Positions 27,631-37,862 of a DNA stretch of 64,000 nt are shown here, one piece after another. The stretch spans positions 2,037 through 66,036 of the forward strand of contig CAZMRF010000016.1 in NCBI GenBank assembly GCA_964568735.1, given 5' to 3'. The stretch comes from an uncultured Acidobacteriota bacterium (GTDB taxonomy: Bacteria; Acidobacteriota; Polarisedimenticolia; JACPZX01). The notes below the pieces were generated by a model. The model searched no databases. It was given only the letters and a program-made list of their open reading frames with translations, and was not told where the DNA came from. The stretch's first letter is position 1, and each line of letters starts with the position of its first letter. The translations under genes were made by a program, and so were the position numbers.

Positions 27631-28860
27631 ATGACCTCACCGAGCAACCCTACAAGCGCACCCCCCGCCATCACCGACTTCAAGGCTCTCTACCGGAAGC
27701 TGGAGAAGACCCTCGACCGGATCGAGAGAACCGAAGACGTCGCGGGCGTGCTGACCGAGATCCTCAACTCCCTCGTGCGGGATTTCGAGGAAGACCTGGG
27801 CTTCCAGGCGGGACGCCTCTACAGCCGCGGCTCCTCCGCGCTGGTCCTTCGCGCCGTGGCCGGCAAGGCGGCCCAGCCGCCCGATTCCTACAAGGTCCCG
27901 CTGGACTACGCGCCCGTGCAGAGGATCCTCGAGGAGGGGCTCGTCATCATGAAGCGCGGGGATCCGGGCTTCGACGAGAGCATCGAAGGCCCCATCGGCG
28001 TCTCGAAGTTCGCGGCGATCGCCGTCCACGACGCCCGGTACATCCTTTCGTTCACGATCCGCGGGGCCATCAAGGAAGAGCAGATCCTCTACTCGCTCAG
28101 CGCGGTCCGCCACGTCATCAACATCAAGCTCCGGCAGGAGCGGCTGGCGGGCATCATGGAGGAGGCTCGCCTGATCCAGGAGAGCCTCCTTCCCTCGGGG
28201 CCGCCGGGCTTCCCGGGCTACGACGTGCACGGCCTCTCGAGGCCCACGGAGATCGTCGGCGGCGACCTCTTCGACTACCTGCCCCTGTCGCCGAAGCTCC
28301 TGGGGATCGCCGTCGCCGACGCATCCGGCCACGGGCTCCCGGCGGCGCTGCTCGCGCGCGACGTCATCACCGGGCTCCGGATGGGGATCGCCGAAGACCT
28401 CAAGATCATCAAGACAATCGAGAAGCTCAACCGCGTCATCCACCGCTCCGCGCTCTCTTCGAAGTTCGCCTCCCTCTTCTACGGCGAGCTGGAGCCCAGC
28501 GGGAACCTCCTCTACGTCAACGCGGGGCACACGCCCGCTCTCCTGTTCGACGGGACGTCGTTCCAGGAGCTGACGCTCGGCGGCCTCGTCCTGGGGCCGA
28601 ACCCGGGCGCCCAGTACGAGCGCGGCTACGTCCGGCTCGTGACCGGCAACCTGGTCGTGATGTATACCGATGGCGTGCCGGAGTGCGAGTCCGCCGCGGG
28701 CATGCCCTTCGGCATGCACCGGCTCCGCGACGTCATCCGCGAGCACGCCCGCGCCACGGCGAAGGAGATCGTCGAGGAGATCTTCAACGCCGCGGACGTG
28801 CACCGGGGCAAGGCGCCGCAGGTCGACGACATGACCGTCGTCGTCCTCCGCAAGACCTGA
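27631..28860 (+). CDS. PP2C/SpoIIE (RsbU-like) protein phosphatase with N-terminal GAF-like region
   Basis: VGGDLFD, VADASGHG, YVNAGH, YTDGV, DDMTVVV. Confidence 0.9.
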   Translation: MTSPSNPTSAPPAITDFKALYRKLEKTLDRIERTEDVAGVLTEILNSLVRDFEEDLGFQAGRLYSRGSSALVLRAVAGKAAQPPDSYKVPLDYAPVQRILEEGLVIMKRGDPGFDESIEGPIGVSKFAAIAVHDARYILSFTIRGAIKEEQILYSLSAVRHVINIKLRQERLAGIMEEARLIQESLLPSGPPGFPGYDVHGLSRPTEIVGGDLFDYLPLSPKLLGIAVADASGHGLPAALLARDVITGLRMGIAEDLKIIKTIEKLNRVIHRSALSSKFASLFYGELEPSGNLLYVNAGHTPALLFDGTSFQELTLGGLVLGPNPGAQYERGYVRLVTGNLVVMYTDGVPECESAAGMPFGMHRLRDVIREHARATAKEIVEEIFNAADVHRGKAPQVDDMTVVVLRKT

Positions 28861-29010
28861 CAGGCCTGGAATACCGCTTGACGGAGCGGGCGCTCCCGGT
28901 ACATTTAGCCGAACCCGATCGCTCCCCCTGCCGCGAACGGACGACACCGACAATCCCGACGGAGCCGACAGGCTGATCATCAATTCGGGAAGGTACGACC
29001 TGGGGGGGTC

Positions 29011-29583
29011 ATGGAGATTCGGGAGCGAATCGAGTCCTGCCTGAACGATCTCGATGCACGCAGGCGCCGGATGGCCGAGTTCGAGTCGAGGGTGCGGGCG
29101 TTGATGGAGACTCTCAAGACCGACGCCGGCTCGCCATCCACGGTGCGCGAGATCCTCGAGGTCCTCGCGAGCGCGCTCGAGAACTACAACGAGATCGACG
29201 GGAGCTGCCGGGCCATGATCTCCGCCCTCACCGAGATCGGCCTCAACCAGGAGCGGATCGAGGACGGCCGCAGGAAGATCATCGGCGGCGTCGAGAAGAT
29301 CCTCGGCCACCTCTCGCAGATGGAAACTCTCGCGAATCAATCCATGGTCGAGACGAAGGCCGCCGCGGCCCCCGCGGAGGGCTCCCGTCCGAAGAAGATC
29401 CTCCTCATACGCCTGCGCCCGCAGGCCGGCGAGGCTGAAGGCGGCGAGGCGGTCTCGCCGTCCTCGAAGGCCGCATCTCGCGAGGTGGAGATCTCCTCGC
29501 GACCCGACTCGTCACGAGGGGAACGGGACCCCGTCGAGGACCTGCTCAACGCCGACGACGATCAGGACGCCACGATTCACTGA
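29011..29583 (+). CDS. Hypothetical coiled-coil protein
   Basis: 190-aa helical, acidic ORF; upstream TTGACG-16-TACATT (28878-28905). Confidence 0.65.
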   Translation: MEIRERIESCLNDLDARRRRMAEFESRVRALMETLKTDAGSPSTVREILEVLASALENYNEIDGSCRAMISALTEIGLNQERIEDGRRKIIGGVEKILGHLSQMETLANQSMVETKAAAAPAEGSRPKKILLIRLRPQAGEAEGGEAVSPSSKAASREVEISSRPDSSRGERDPVEDLLNADDDQDATIH

Positions 29584-29595
29584 GCCTCAGTCGTT

Positions 29596-29690
29596 GGGAC
29601 ATTCCGGGACATCCTGAGTGTCCGGTGTCAGGGATCCGACGCTTTCGCCGAGGACATCTCGGGACTATCCGGGACATCCCGGTCATCTAT
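29596..29690 (+). repeat. Phased 10-bp direct repeats (GGGACATYCC-like)
   Basis: GGGACATTCC/GGGACATCCT (29596-29615) and AGGACATCTC/GGGACTATCC/GGGACATCCC/GGTCATCTAT (29651-29690). Confidence 0.75.
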
Positions 29691-29942
29691 TCTCTGCGGC
29701 CCAGCCTATCGGCCATTTATCGCCGCGGAAACGCCATCGGCTTGACGATCGATGTGACATTCTGGCCCACACGCCTTCCGGCGACTCCTTCGTCGATTAT
29801 CTCCACAGCGCCAACGTGTGAGTCCGCAGCACATTGCGACGTGCCACCGCGCGGTGGCACGAATCTCGCTCCTATATGAGCAGACTCGCACGAACGCGAG
29901 TTCCCGGGAAGGACATTCGGCCCCGGCACGGAGGCTACGAAA

Positions 29943-30644
29943 ATGGTCCCAACGATTTCGGAGTTCTACCGGGCTGCGCGCAACCTGATCGAGCTGCATC
30001 TCCTGCAAGCCCTCGCGCATTGCCCGAACGACTCGCAGAGCAGGATCGCCAAGCGCGCGGGCATCGGTCTGTCGGTGGCCCACGTCTACCTCCACAGGCT
30101 CAACATCGCCGGCCTCGTCGAGTTTCGCGGCCCCAGCGACAAGAAGCTCCTCTACACGGTGACGGAGACGGGACGCCAGTACATGGAGGATCTCCAGGGT
30201 CGCCACTTCGGCGCTCTCATGAGCTTCGTGGCCGAGGCGGGCCATCAGATCTCGCTCGCCCTCGAGCAGGCGCGTTCCGACGGCTTCCGCCGTGTCGGCG
30301 TCCTGGGAGGCGACGGCGCGCTGCGCGCCGCGGCCGGAGCCGCACAGCCGCTCGGGATGGAGGTCGTGGCGCTGCACCACGAGGATCTGGTGCACGACGA
30401 GAAGAACGGCGACGCTCCGGAGCTACCCGCGGCCGTCCTCGTCGCGGCCAACCCCTACCGCTCCGACATCGCGGCGAGCCTGACGCGCCTGAGCTCGCTC
30501 GGCATCCGGTGCTACAACGCGGCCCTGGCCCGCACCCCCGGGGACGACGATATCTCCGCCGCCGCGGCGGAGAAGCTCTCGCGAAGCCCGCTGCGCTCCA
30601 CCGCCGAGCGTCGCGAGTACGAGACCCGGAGGGCCACCTGGTGA
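29943..30644 (+). CDS. Winged-helix (MarR-like) regulator with C-terminal Rossmann-like domain, of the type seen beside polysaccharide loci
   Basis: SQSRIAKRAGIGLSVAHVYLHRL...YTVTETG; RRVGVLGG; GGAGG RBS. Confidence 0.75.
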   Translation: MVPTISEFYRAARNLIELHLLQALAHCPNDSQSRIAKRAGIGLSVAHVYLHRLNIAGLVEFRGPSDKKLLYTVTETGRQYMEDLQGRHFGALMSFVAEAGHQISLALEQARSDGFRRVGVLGGDGALRAAAGAAQPLGMEVVALHHEDLVHDEKNGDAPELPAAVLVAANPYRSDIAASLTRLSSLGIRCYNAALARTPGDDDISAAAAEKLSRSPLRSTAERREYETRRATW

Positions 30645-31411
30645 TGCGCCGGGCTGCGACCGCCGCGGCCCCCGAGGCCGCGGCGGGGCAGGCCGGCGGG
30701 CACGTGAAGGTCGCCCCGACCGGCCCGCGGGGAATGTACACGCTCCTGCTGGCCGACGACGTCCGCACGACCCTCGCCGTGGAGAAATCCTTCCTCGAGT
30801 CCCGCAACCTCAAGGTCTTCGCGACCACTTCGGCGACGGAGGCCCTGAAGCTGGCCGAGGCGGTCCGTCCGGACCTCATCGTCCTCGACTACGAGATGCC
30901 CGAGATGAACGGGGACGAGGCGTGCAGGAGGCTCAAGGCCAACCCGCACACCAAGGGGATACCGATCCTCGTCCTGAGCGCCCACGGGGACGAGGCGATA
31001 GCCACGAAGTGCGAGGCGGCCGGCGCCGCCGGCTTCCAGCGCAAGACGGAGGGGCGTGAGGCGCTCCTCGACGCCGTGGCGGCCATCCTGGGCCTCCCCC
31101 AGCGCCGGCACACCCGCGTCCCCTGCTCGATGTCGATCGGGATCCTCTCGGAGGATCGGAAGGTCGAGGGCATGGTGCACAACCTGAGCCTCTCGGGCCT
31201 CTACCTGACAGTCGAAACACCCTTGAAGGAGAACAGCCTCGTCCGCCTGGTCTTCACGCTGCCGAACACGAAGCGTGAGATCCGCGCCCTCGGCGAGGTC
31301 GTCAGGGCCGAAACCCTCAGCGGCAACCTCCGCGGCTACGGCATCCAGATGATCGAGGCCGACGAGGAGTCCCAGGCCACCCTCAAGGAATACGTCAAGA
31401 GCACGATCTGA
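30644..31411 (+). CDS. Response regulator with REC and PilZ domains
   Basis: LLADD, PDLIVLDYEMP; PilZ motifs QRRHTR and NLSLSG; TGATG overlap with the upstream gene. Confidence 0.85.
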   Translation: MRRAATAAAPEAAAGQAGGHVKVAPTGPRGMYTLLLADDVRTTLAVEKSFLESRNLKVFATTSATEALKLAEAVRPDLIVLDYEMPEMNGDEACRRLKANPHTKGIPILVLSAHGDEAIATKCEAAGAAGFQRKTEGREALLDAVAAILGLPQRRHTRVPCSMSIGILSEDRKVEGMVHNLSLSGLYLTVETPLKENSLVRLVFTLPNTKREIRALGEVVRAETLSGNLRGYGIQMIEADEESQATLKEYVKSTI

Positions 31412-31559
31412 GGCGGTAGGACGCCGCCTCATCTGGCCTGCGCGCGGAGGCTCGCCCCCCGGCCTTCCTGAATGCCCCCCTTTCGGCCGGAGGGGTCGCT
31501 TCGCTCGTCCCTCGGACTCGCCCAGCCGTCATGCGTTCGAGCGACCCTCAGCATTCCGG

Positions 31560-32993
31560 GTGTCACCGATCAGTCCTGCGGCAACTCCGCTAATATGCGT
31601 GGCCTGCACACACGGGCTCTTCCAGGGCCAGCCTGGGAGGGGGCAGGCAGGGGGGGCTGGTACCTTGCGTTGGAACGCGCGGGACCGCGGTTCACTCGGT
31701 GAGTGGACCAGAACGGGCACCTGGGCCCTCCTCGATCAGGCGGTGAATTCGGGGGCGGGCTTCGCTCTGAACCTGCTCCTCGCGATGTGGCTGGCACCCT
31801 CGGAGTACGGCGCCTTCGCAGTGGGTTTCGCGATCTTCCTCGTTCTCTCCGGCCTCCACAACGCGATCCTGATCGAACCGGTCAGCATCCTGGGCCCCTC
31901 GCGCCACTCCGAGCGGCTGGGCCCCTACTTGCGCCGCCAGGTCGTGCTGCACTTCCTCCTGACGCTCCCCACGAGCATCACGGTTGCCGCAATCGGGGCG
32001 ACCCTGCAGGCAAGCGCAAGCACGGCATCCGTGGGGCGATGCCTCGTGGGCCTCGGAGTCGCGCTCCCCCCGCTCCTGCTCTTCTGGACGCTGCGGCGAT
32101 TCCAATACGTGATCAGCACCCCCGCGGTGGCGGTGGCCGGCGCCGTCACCTACAGCGCCATCCTCCTCGGGCTGATCCTGGCTGCCCGCATGGGAGGGGC
32201 CCTCACTCCCGCTGCTGGCTTTCTCGCCATGGGGATCGCGGGCCTCCTCGCTTCCGCGGTCCTCCGCGTTCCCGCGACGCCATCCGCGGAAGCGCGCGGG
32301 CGGGAAGCTCTCCCCGCGCTGCGCTCCCTCCTTCACGAGCAATGGAGCTACGGCCGCTGGATGATCGCCGCGAGCCTCCTCTCGGCCGCCGGCCTGCAGC
32401 TCTATAGCGTCATCTGCGCGGCGACCGTGGGGCTCGCGGCAGCCGGAACTCTGCGCGCCATGGAGCTACTTATGCTGCCGATGGCTCAGGGAATCACCGC
32501 CATCGCCACGCTCGCCCTCCCACGGCTCGCCGCGGATCACGGCCGGGGAGATCTGGCGGGATTCTCGAGACTGGGGCACGTCATTTCCGCCAGCCTCGTG
32601 GCGGCCGCCCTGCTCTATGAGATGGTGCTCATCCTCTGGCACCGCGATCTGGAGCGGCTCCTCTTCGGCGGCCGCTTCGCGCAGGCGAGCTGGCTGATCC
32701 CCGTCCTGGGCCTCATTCCGATACTGACAGCGGCCTCGGCCGGCTTCACGCTCATGCTCAAGGCGGCCCAGCTTCCCTCCCACTACCTCGTGGGGGGCAT
32801 CGTCGTATCGGCCGTGGGCCTCCCCCTGAACTTCCTTCTCGGTCTGAGGTTCGGCCTGGCCGGTTTCGCGTGGAGCCTCGTCTTCACCTACGTCGCTTCG
32901 CTGGTCGCAGTCCTCGAGATGTACCGCCGTTGGGTCCGGCCCTCGGTACTGAAGGGGGAAGCAGCCCTCGCAGTGTCCCAGGTAGCTCGATGA
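31560..32993 (+). CDS. Wzx-like polysaccharide flippase
   Basis: WALLDQAVNS, SEYGAFA; many TM segments; true start probably downstream of 31560. Confidence 0.75.
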   Translation: MSPISPAATPLICVACTHGLFQGQPGRGQAGGAGTLRWNARDRGSLGEWTRTGTWALLDQAVNSGAGFALNLLLAMWLAPSEYGAFAVGFAIFLVLSGLHNAILIEPVSILGPSRHSERLGPYLRRQVVLHFLLTLPTSITVAAIGATLQASASTASVGRCLVGLGVALPPLLLFWTLRRFQYVISTPAVAVAGAVTYSAILLGLILAARMGGALTPAAGFLAMGIAGLLASAVLRVPATPSAEARGREALPALRSLLHEQWSYGRWMIAASLLSAAGLQLYSVICAATVGLAAAGTLRAMELLMLPMAQGITAIATLALPRLAADHGRGDLAGFSRLGHVISASLVAAALLYEMVLILWHRDLERLLFGGRFAQASWLIPVLGLIPILTAASAGFTLMLKAAQLPSHYLVGGIVVSAVGLPLNFLLGLRFGLAGFAWSLVFTYVASLVAVLEMYRRWVRPSVLKGEAALAVSQVAR

Positions 32994-33856
32994 GTCTACG
33001 CGCGCGCCTCGACTACCTGCTCTCCAGCACGGCCTACCGGCGCCGTCCCTTGCGCACACTCCTCCGCCTGGGAGCCTGGCGTTTCCTGACAGCGGCCGGC
33101 GTCCCCCGAACCGTCACCCTCGAGCCCTGGAATGTTCACTTGTGGCTCCCCGCTCAGTGGAGGGGTGTCTCGAAGATCGTCTACTCCTTCCGCGAGGACT
33201 ACGAGCCGGAGCTTGCGCTCCTACCGCGGCTCTTCCGTTCAGGCGAGACCTTCGTGGACGCAGGTGCCTCGTTCGGCGTCTACTCCCTCGTCGCGAGTCG
33301 GATCGCGGGGGAGAAGGGAAGAGTGCTGGCCTTCGAGCCAGCTGTTGCCACGAGGAGTGTCCTCAAGCGAAACATTCGGCTGAACGGCGTCACGAACATC
33401 CGGGTCTTTCACGCGGCGCTCAACGACAGGGCCGGCCGCGCTTGCCTCTCCAACGACCCCGACCCCAGCCGCAACGCACTCCTGCCGCGCGGCGATTGTG
33501 ACCATGGATCGGAATCAATCGAGACGGTCACTTTCGACGACGCCCTCACATCCGAGGAGCGCTCCCGCGTGAGCGTGTTCAAGCTCGACATCGAAGGAGC
33601 GGAGGAGCTCGCCCTGAGGGGTGCCAGCAAGACTCTCCGCGGAGCGTCACCCCACGTCATCTTCGAGGTGAACCCGGAAGCCGCCGCGCGCCTCTCCCTC
33701 CAGCCCGACGGGGCCTGGCGCTTCCTCGATGCGCACGGCTACAGCTTCTATCGTGTGGATGGGACGGGGGCGCTCCTCCGGCTGGAGCAGCAGCCCGCGG
33801 GAGGTAACGTCATCGCCATCCACCCCGCGAGGCGGCGCGAGGAGTCCGTCCCGTGA
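32990..33856 (+). CDS. FkbM-family methyltransferase
   Basis: FVDAGASFG, VLAFEP, FKLDIEGAE. Confidence 0.9.
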   Translation: MSLRARLDYLLSSTAYRRRPLRTLLRLGAWRFLTAAGVPRTVTLEPWNVHLWLPAQWRGVSKIVYSFREDYEPELALLPRLFRSGETFVDAGASFGVYSLVASRIAGEKGRVLAFEPAVATRSVLKRNIRLNGVTNIRVFHAALNDRAGRACLSNDPDPSRNALLPRGDCDHGSESIETVTFDDALTSEERSRVSVFKLDIEGAEELALRGASKTLRGASPHVIFEVNPEAAARLSLQPDGAWRFLDAHGYSFYRVDGTGALLRLEQQPAGGNVIAIHPARRREESVP

Positions 33857-35064
33857 GGGTGCTCCTGTCGGCCTTCGCGTGCATGCCGGGCTCAGGCTCG
33901 GAGCCCTCCGTCGGGTGGGAGACCGCCTTCCAGGCGGCTGCCCGCCACGAGGTCTGGGTTCTCACGAACGAGGCCAACAGGGAGAAGATCGAAGGCTGGC
34001 CTGAGGGCCCCCTCCCCTCGACGCTCCATTTCGAGTACGTGGCTCTTCCGCGTCCCCTGCGACTGATTCAGGCGGGGCCGGTACGGCATCATCTTTACTA
34101 CTGCCTCTGGCAGCTCCGGGCCTTTTTCCGGGCCCGCGCGCTGCACGCCCGGATCGGCTTCGATCTGGTCCATCACGTCACGTATGTGAACTCATGGATG
34201 CCCAGCCTCATGGGCTGGCTCGGCGTGCCTTTCATCTGGAACGCTGGAGGCCGCGAGAGGACTCCATGGTCCTTCTATAGATCCATGTCCCTGCGGGGGA
34301 AGCTCGCCGAGGTCGCGCGGGACTGCGCCATGGCCGTGATGACGCCCCTCGCGCGACTCCTCGCCGGAAGCCGCGCGCGCGCGATCCTGACGTGCTCCGC
34401 CCCTGCTGAGTGGCCCTCCCGTTTTCCGGTCACGCGCTTCGCCCAGGGCGGCCTCTCGAAGGCGGACCTCGAGAGCATGGCGAAGGCCTCGCCGAGAGTG
34501 GAGCCTCCCTTCCGGGTGATCAGTGCCGGTCGGCTTCTCGGACTGAAGGGATTCTCTCTGGTGATTCAGGCCTTCGCCGGCCTTCGCCGCGATCTGCCGG
34601 GATGCGAGTACTGGATCGTCGGGGAAGGCCCCGAGCAGTCACGCCTCGTGCGCCTGGCCTCCGACCTGGGGTGCGGCGCCTCCGTTCGCTTTCTCGGCTG
34701 GCGGCCACGACCAGAAGTACTCAGGCTGATGGCGGAGGCGGACGTTCTCGTCCATCCCAGCCTCCACGAGCAGTTCTGCTACGTTCTCCTCGAGGCGATG
34801 GCCTCGGGCCGGCCCGTCATCACGCTGGATCGCGGCGGGCCCTCGATCGTGGCTGCGCCCCCGGGCGCCATTCTCCTCGACGCGAGGAGCCCCGAGCAGG
34901 TGATTCAAGATCTCTCCGTAGCGCTCGGCGCTCTCGCACTTGACCGAGCCGACCGGACTTCGAGAGGCCGTGCGGCGCGCGAGCACGCCGTGGGACAGTG
35001 GAGCTGGAGCCAGGTGGGCGAACGGCTCATGAGGGTCTACTCGGAGGCAGCCCGACAGCCGTGA
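33853..35064 (+). CDS. GT4 glycosyltransferase
   Basis: MRVLLSAFACMPGSGSEPSVGW, GRLLGLKG, EQFCYVLLEAMASGRPV. Confidence 0.9.
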   Translation: MRVLLSAFACMPGSGSEPSVGWETAFQAAARHEVWVLTNEANREKIEGWPEGPLPSTLHFEYVALPRPLRLIQAGPVRHHLYYCLWQLRAFFRARALHARIGFDLVHHVTYVNSWMPSLMGWLGVPFIWNAGGRERTPWSFYRSMSLRGKLAEVARDCAMAVMTPLARLLAGSRARAILTCSAPAEWPSRFPVTRFAQGGLSKADLESMAKASPRVEPPFRVISAGRLLGLKGFSLVIQAFAGLRRDLPGCEYWIVGEGPEQSRLVRLASDLGCGASVRFLGWRPRPEVLRLMAEADVLVHPSLHEQFCYVLLEAMASGRPVITLDRGGPSIVAAPPGAILLDARSPEQVIQDLSVALGALALDRADRTSRGRAAREHAVGQWSWSQVGERLMRVYSEAARQP

Positions 35065-36596
35065 GCCTTCAATCCTCCACGCTGGCCCTGGGGAAAGCCG
35101 CCAGCGGCCCGGCACGCCAGGCCCTCATCCCGGCCATCGTCGCCGTCGCCGTGGGCCTTGCCCTATCCAGCGCTCCGCTTCAGGTCGCCGCCCTGGAGGT
35201 CGTCCTCGTCGCCTGCCTGTTCGGCTTCGCGCGGCTCGAGTTCGAGCCCCTCCTCGTGGGATGGCTCTGGCTCGTATGCACCATCCACTTCATGAAACGG
35301 GCGATCTTCCTCCTGGGTCCCCAGACGCAGGCCACCTACTACTCAGTCCTGATCCTGGCGACGGTCGCCTTCATCCCGCTCGTGCTCCTCTCGCTCGTTC
35401 GTCTCCGTCAGCGCGGAGTGCCTCCGAGCGCCCGCATCCTGGGATTCTTCATCGCCTGGAGCCTTTTCCAGACGCTGCTCCCGGGCTCCGGGGCGACGGT
35501 GATTACGCGGCTGGCGGCCGTCCACGAGAGGATCCTGCCCATGGCGGCCTTCGCCATCGGGCTCTGCATGGCACCAGGCTCGCGTCCCTTCGGCCGGGCA
35601 GCGCGCACCATCCTCACGACGGCGCTCCTCTCGGTTGTCTACGGTCTCTTCCTCGCCGCGAATGGGCCGACCATCATCGAGAGGGCCTGGGCCTACGAGA
35701 CCGCGCCCTTCTCCCTGCAGGGGCGCAATGTCCTCTCGTGGATCGAAGGGCAGAGCGGGGATTGGATGTTCCGCAGCTTCTCCTTCTACGCCGACCCGCT
35801 GACCTGGGGGCTCTTCCTTCTCACGGCGGTGGCCTGCCTCCTGCTCACGATGCCCACCGGGCCGCGGAAGGGGATCCGTTTCTGGGCGAGCATGGGGCTT
35901 CTCCTCGCGGGGCTCACGGTCAGCCTGACGAGGACCCCCTGGGCGGGGCTACTCATCATGCTGGCGACCTGGGCGCTTCTGGGCAAGCGCGGCGCAGCCC
36001 GCCCCGTCCCGATGATGCTCCTTCTCGCCGCGGGGTTCCTCGTCGTCGTCACGGTGGGCGGCTTCGTCTACTCGACGCTGATGCCACGCATCATCTTCAC
36101 CGCCCCGTTCAGCAACCCGCTGGCCGACCGGCTTCTCACCGTGGGAACGCTCGAGGCTCGGGTCGGAGCCTGGGAGGGGCTCACGCGCGCCGTCGTCGAC
36201 TATCCGGTTCTCGGAGAGGGCTTCGCGTACGGGGAGTATTTCCTCCGCGCCTTCAGCAACGAGACGGGTGAGGACACGAGCGGCCACAACTTCCTCCTCG
36301 AGACGACTCTCTGCACGGGAGCGGCTGGAATGCTCATCTTCCTGGCCTTCCTCTACCGGCTCTTCGTCGAGGGCACACGCGCTCCCGCAGGCTCGGCGCT
36401 GTCGAGCAGCCGGCGCTGGCTGCTGGCCTTCACAGTCGGCTGTATCATGACCGGGTACTTGAACGGGGGAACCTTCATGAACGTCTACTTCTTCCTCCTG
36501 GCCGGGAGCCTCGTGGCCGCGCCAGATCGAAACCAGGAAGTAGATCCGGCGCTCGGCTCCGAATCCACGGCGGATTCTTCCGCCCAGGGTGAATGA
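35061..36596 (+). CDS. Wzy-like polymerase / O-antigen ligase-family membrane protein
   Basis: Multi-TM; RSFSFYADP, SLTRTPW, EARVGAW, SGHNFLL. Confidence 0.7.
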   Translation: MSLQSSTLALGKAASGPARQALIPAIVAVAVGLALSSAPLQVAALEVVLVACLFGFARLEFEPLLVGWLWLVCTIHFMKRAIFLLGPQTQATYYSVLILATVAFIPLVLLSLVRLRQRGVPPSARILGFFIAWSLFQTLLPGSGATVITRLAAVHERILPMAAFAIGLCMAPGSRPFGRAARTILTTALLSVVYGLFLAANGPTIIERAWAYETAPFSLQGRNVLSWIEGQSGDWMFRSFSFYADPLTWGLFLLTAVACLLLTMPTGPRKGIRFWASMGLLLAGLTVSLTRTPWAGLLIMLATWALLGKRGAARPVPMMLLLAAGFLVVVTVGGFVYSTLMPRIIFTAPFSNPLADRLLTVGTLEARVGAWEGLTRAVVDYPVLGEGFAYGEYFLRAFSNETGEDTSGHNFLLETTLCTGAAGMLIFLAFLYRLFVEGTRAPAGSALSSSRRWLLAFTVGCIMTGYLNGGTFMNVYFFLLAGSLVAAPDRNQEVDPALGSESTADSSAQGE

Positions 36597-36641
36597 CCAT
36601 CACCGGCTCCCGCCCCGCCGCCTCCAGAGAGTGACGCGAAG

Positions 36642-37862
36642 GTGCCTCACGCGCGGCTCCTCGTCGTCGGCCACACCTACCTCGAGCGGACGGCGCAGAA
36701 GAAGCTCGATGCATTGGCCCGCAGAGGCTTCGATGTCGCCCTCCTCCTGCCCTCCCGATGGGCTCTGCCGCGTAACGGCCTCTTCGCCGGCCCCGATCTG
36801 AAAGCTGCTGCCTTCTTCCCGAGCCTCCGCCTCTTCGTCTCACCCGTCCTCCGCTCGGGGCACATCGCCAGCTTCCTGCTGGCTCCTGGAGCGATCCGCC
36901 GTGCGCTCGCCGAGTTCAAGCCCGAGATCGTCCAGGTGGAGCAGGAGACCTACTCCTTCGCCGCCGCACAGGTGGTCCGGGCCGCCGCCCGCGAGGGCTG
37001 CCGCGCTGTCGTCTTCGGATGGGAGAACTTCGACCGGCCACTCCCCCTCGCGCAGCGGTGGGCGGAGCGGATCGTCCTGTCGCGCTCCAGCGCGGTGATC
37101 TCGGGGAACAGGGCCGGAGCAGATCGGGTTCGCCGGAAGGGATTCGGAGGGCACATCTGCGTCCTGCCCCAGGTCGGCGTCGACCCTGCGCTCTTCCGGC
37201 CAGACATGAGGAACCGCGCCGCCCCCGGCTCCGCCTTCAGGGTTGGCTACATCGGGCGCCTCGTGGCGGAAAAAGGAGTGGACACGATCCTGCGCGCCGC
37301 GGCTCTCGCCGTTCACGGAGGAGTCAGGATCCGGCTTCTCGTGACGGGAGGGGGACCGCAACGCGCCGCTCTCGAGAGGCTCTCAGCGGAGCTGGGCGTC
37401 GCTCCCCTCATCGAGTGGTCGGGCACGGTCCCGCACGAGGGCGTCCCTGACCGGATGGCGCACCTCGACGCGCTCGTTCTCCCGTCGAAGGATGCTCCTC
37501 GCTGGCAGGAGCAGTTCGGGTTGGTTCTGGCCCAGGCCATGACGATGAGCATCCCGGTCCTTGGGTCGCGCTCGGGCGCCATCCCCGACGTCATCGGCCG
37601 GGAAGACCTCACCTTCCCTCAGGAGGACCACGAGGCCCTGGCCTCTCTCCTTGTCCGCCTCGCTCGCGACGAGGGGTTTCGGCGGGAGGCGGGAGACTGG
37701 GGGCTGGAGCGCGCCCGGAAGCACTTCACGGTGGATGCCGTCGCCGACGGACTCTGCCGCTTCTACGAGCGCCTGAGGGGCGCTCCAGACCGGACAGAAC
37801 ACACTGACTACGGATATGCCGACGATGCGCGCCATGCGGCAGCCGGCGAGAGGCTGCCTTGA
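36642..37862 (+). CDS. GT4 glycosyltransferase
   Basis: GRLVAEKG, WQEQFGLVLAQAM, SGAIPDVI. Confidence 0.9.
   Translation: MPHARLLVVGHTYLERTAQKKLDALARRGFDVALLLPSRWALPRNGLFAGPDLKAAAFFPSLRLFVSPVLRSGHIASFLLAPGAIRRALAEFKPEIVQVEQETYSFAAAQVVRAAAREGCRAVVFGWENFDRPLPLAQRWAERIVLSRSSAVISGNRAGADRVRRKGFGGHICVLPQVGVDPALFRPDMRNRAAPGSAFRVGYIGRLVAEKGVDTILRAAALAVHGGVRIRLLVTGGGPQRAALERLSAELGVAPLIEWSGTVPHEGVPDRMAHLDALVLPSKDAPRWQEQFGLVLAQAMTMSIPVLGSRSGAIPDVIGREDLTFPQEDHEALASLLVRLARDEGFRREAGDWGLERARKHFTVDAVADGLCRFYERLRGAPDRTEHTDYGYADDARHAAAGERLP

Noticed and set aside
29596-29690. Short repeats as CRISPR or replication-origin iterons
   Set aside because: The units are only 10 bp, with no spacers, no rep gene and no adjacent AT-rich unwinding region.
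29834-30643. Long N-terminal extension of the REC-PilZ ORF
   Set aside because: It is an Arg/Pro-rich off-frame overlap with the wHTH gene; the real start is 30644 or later.
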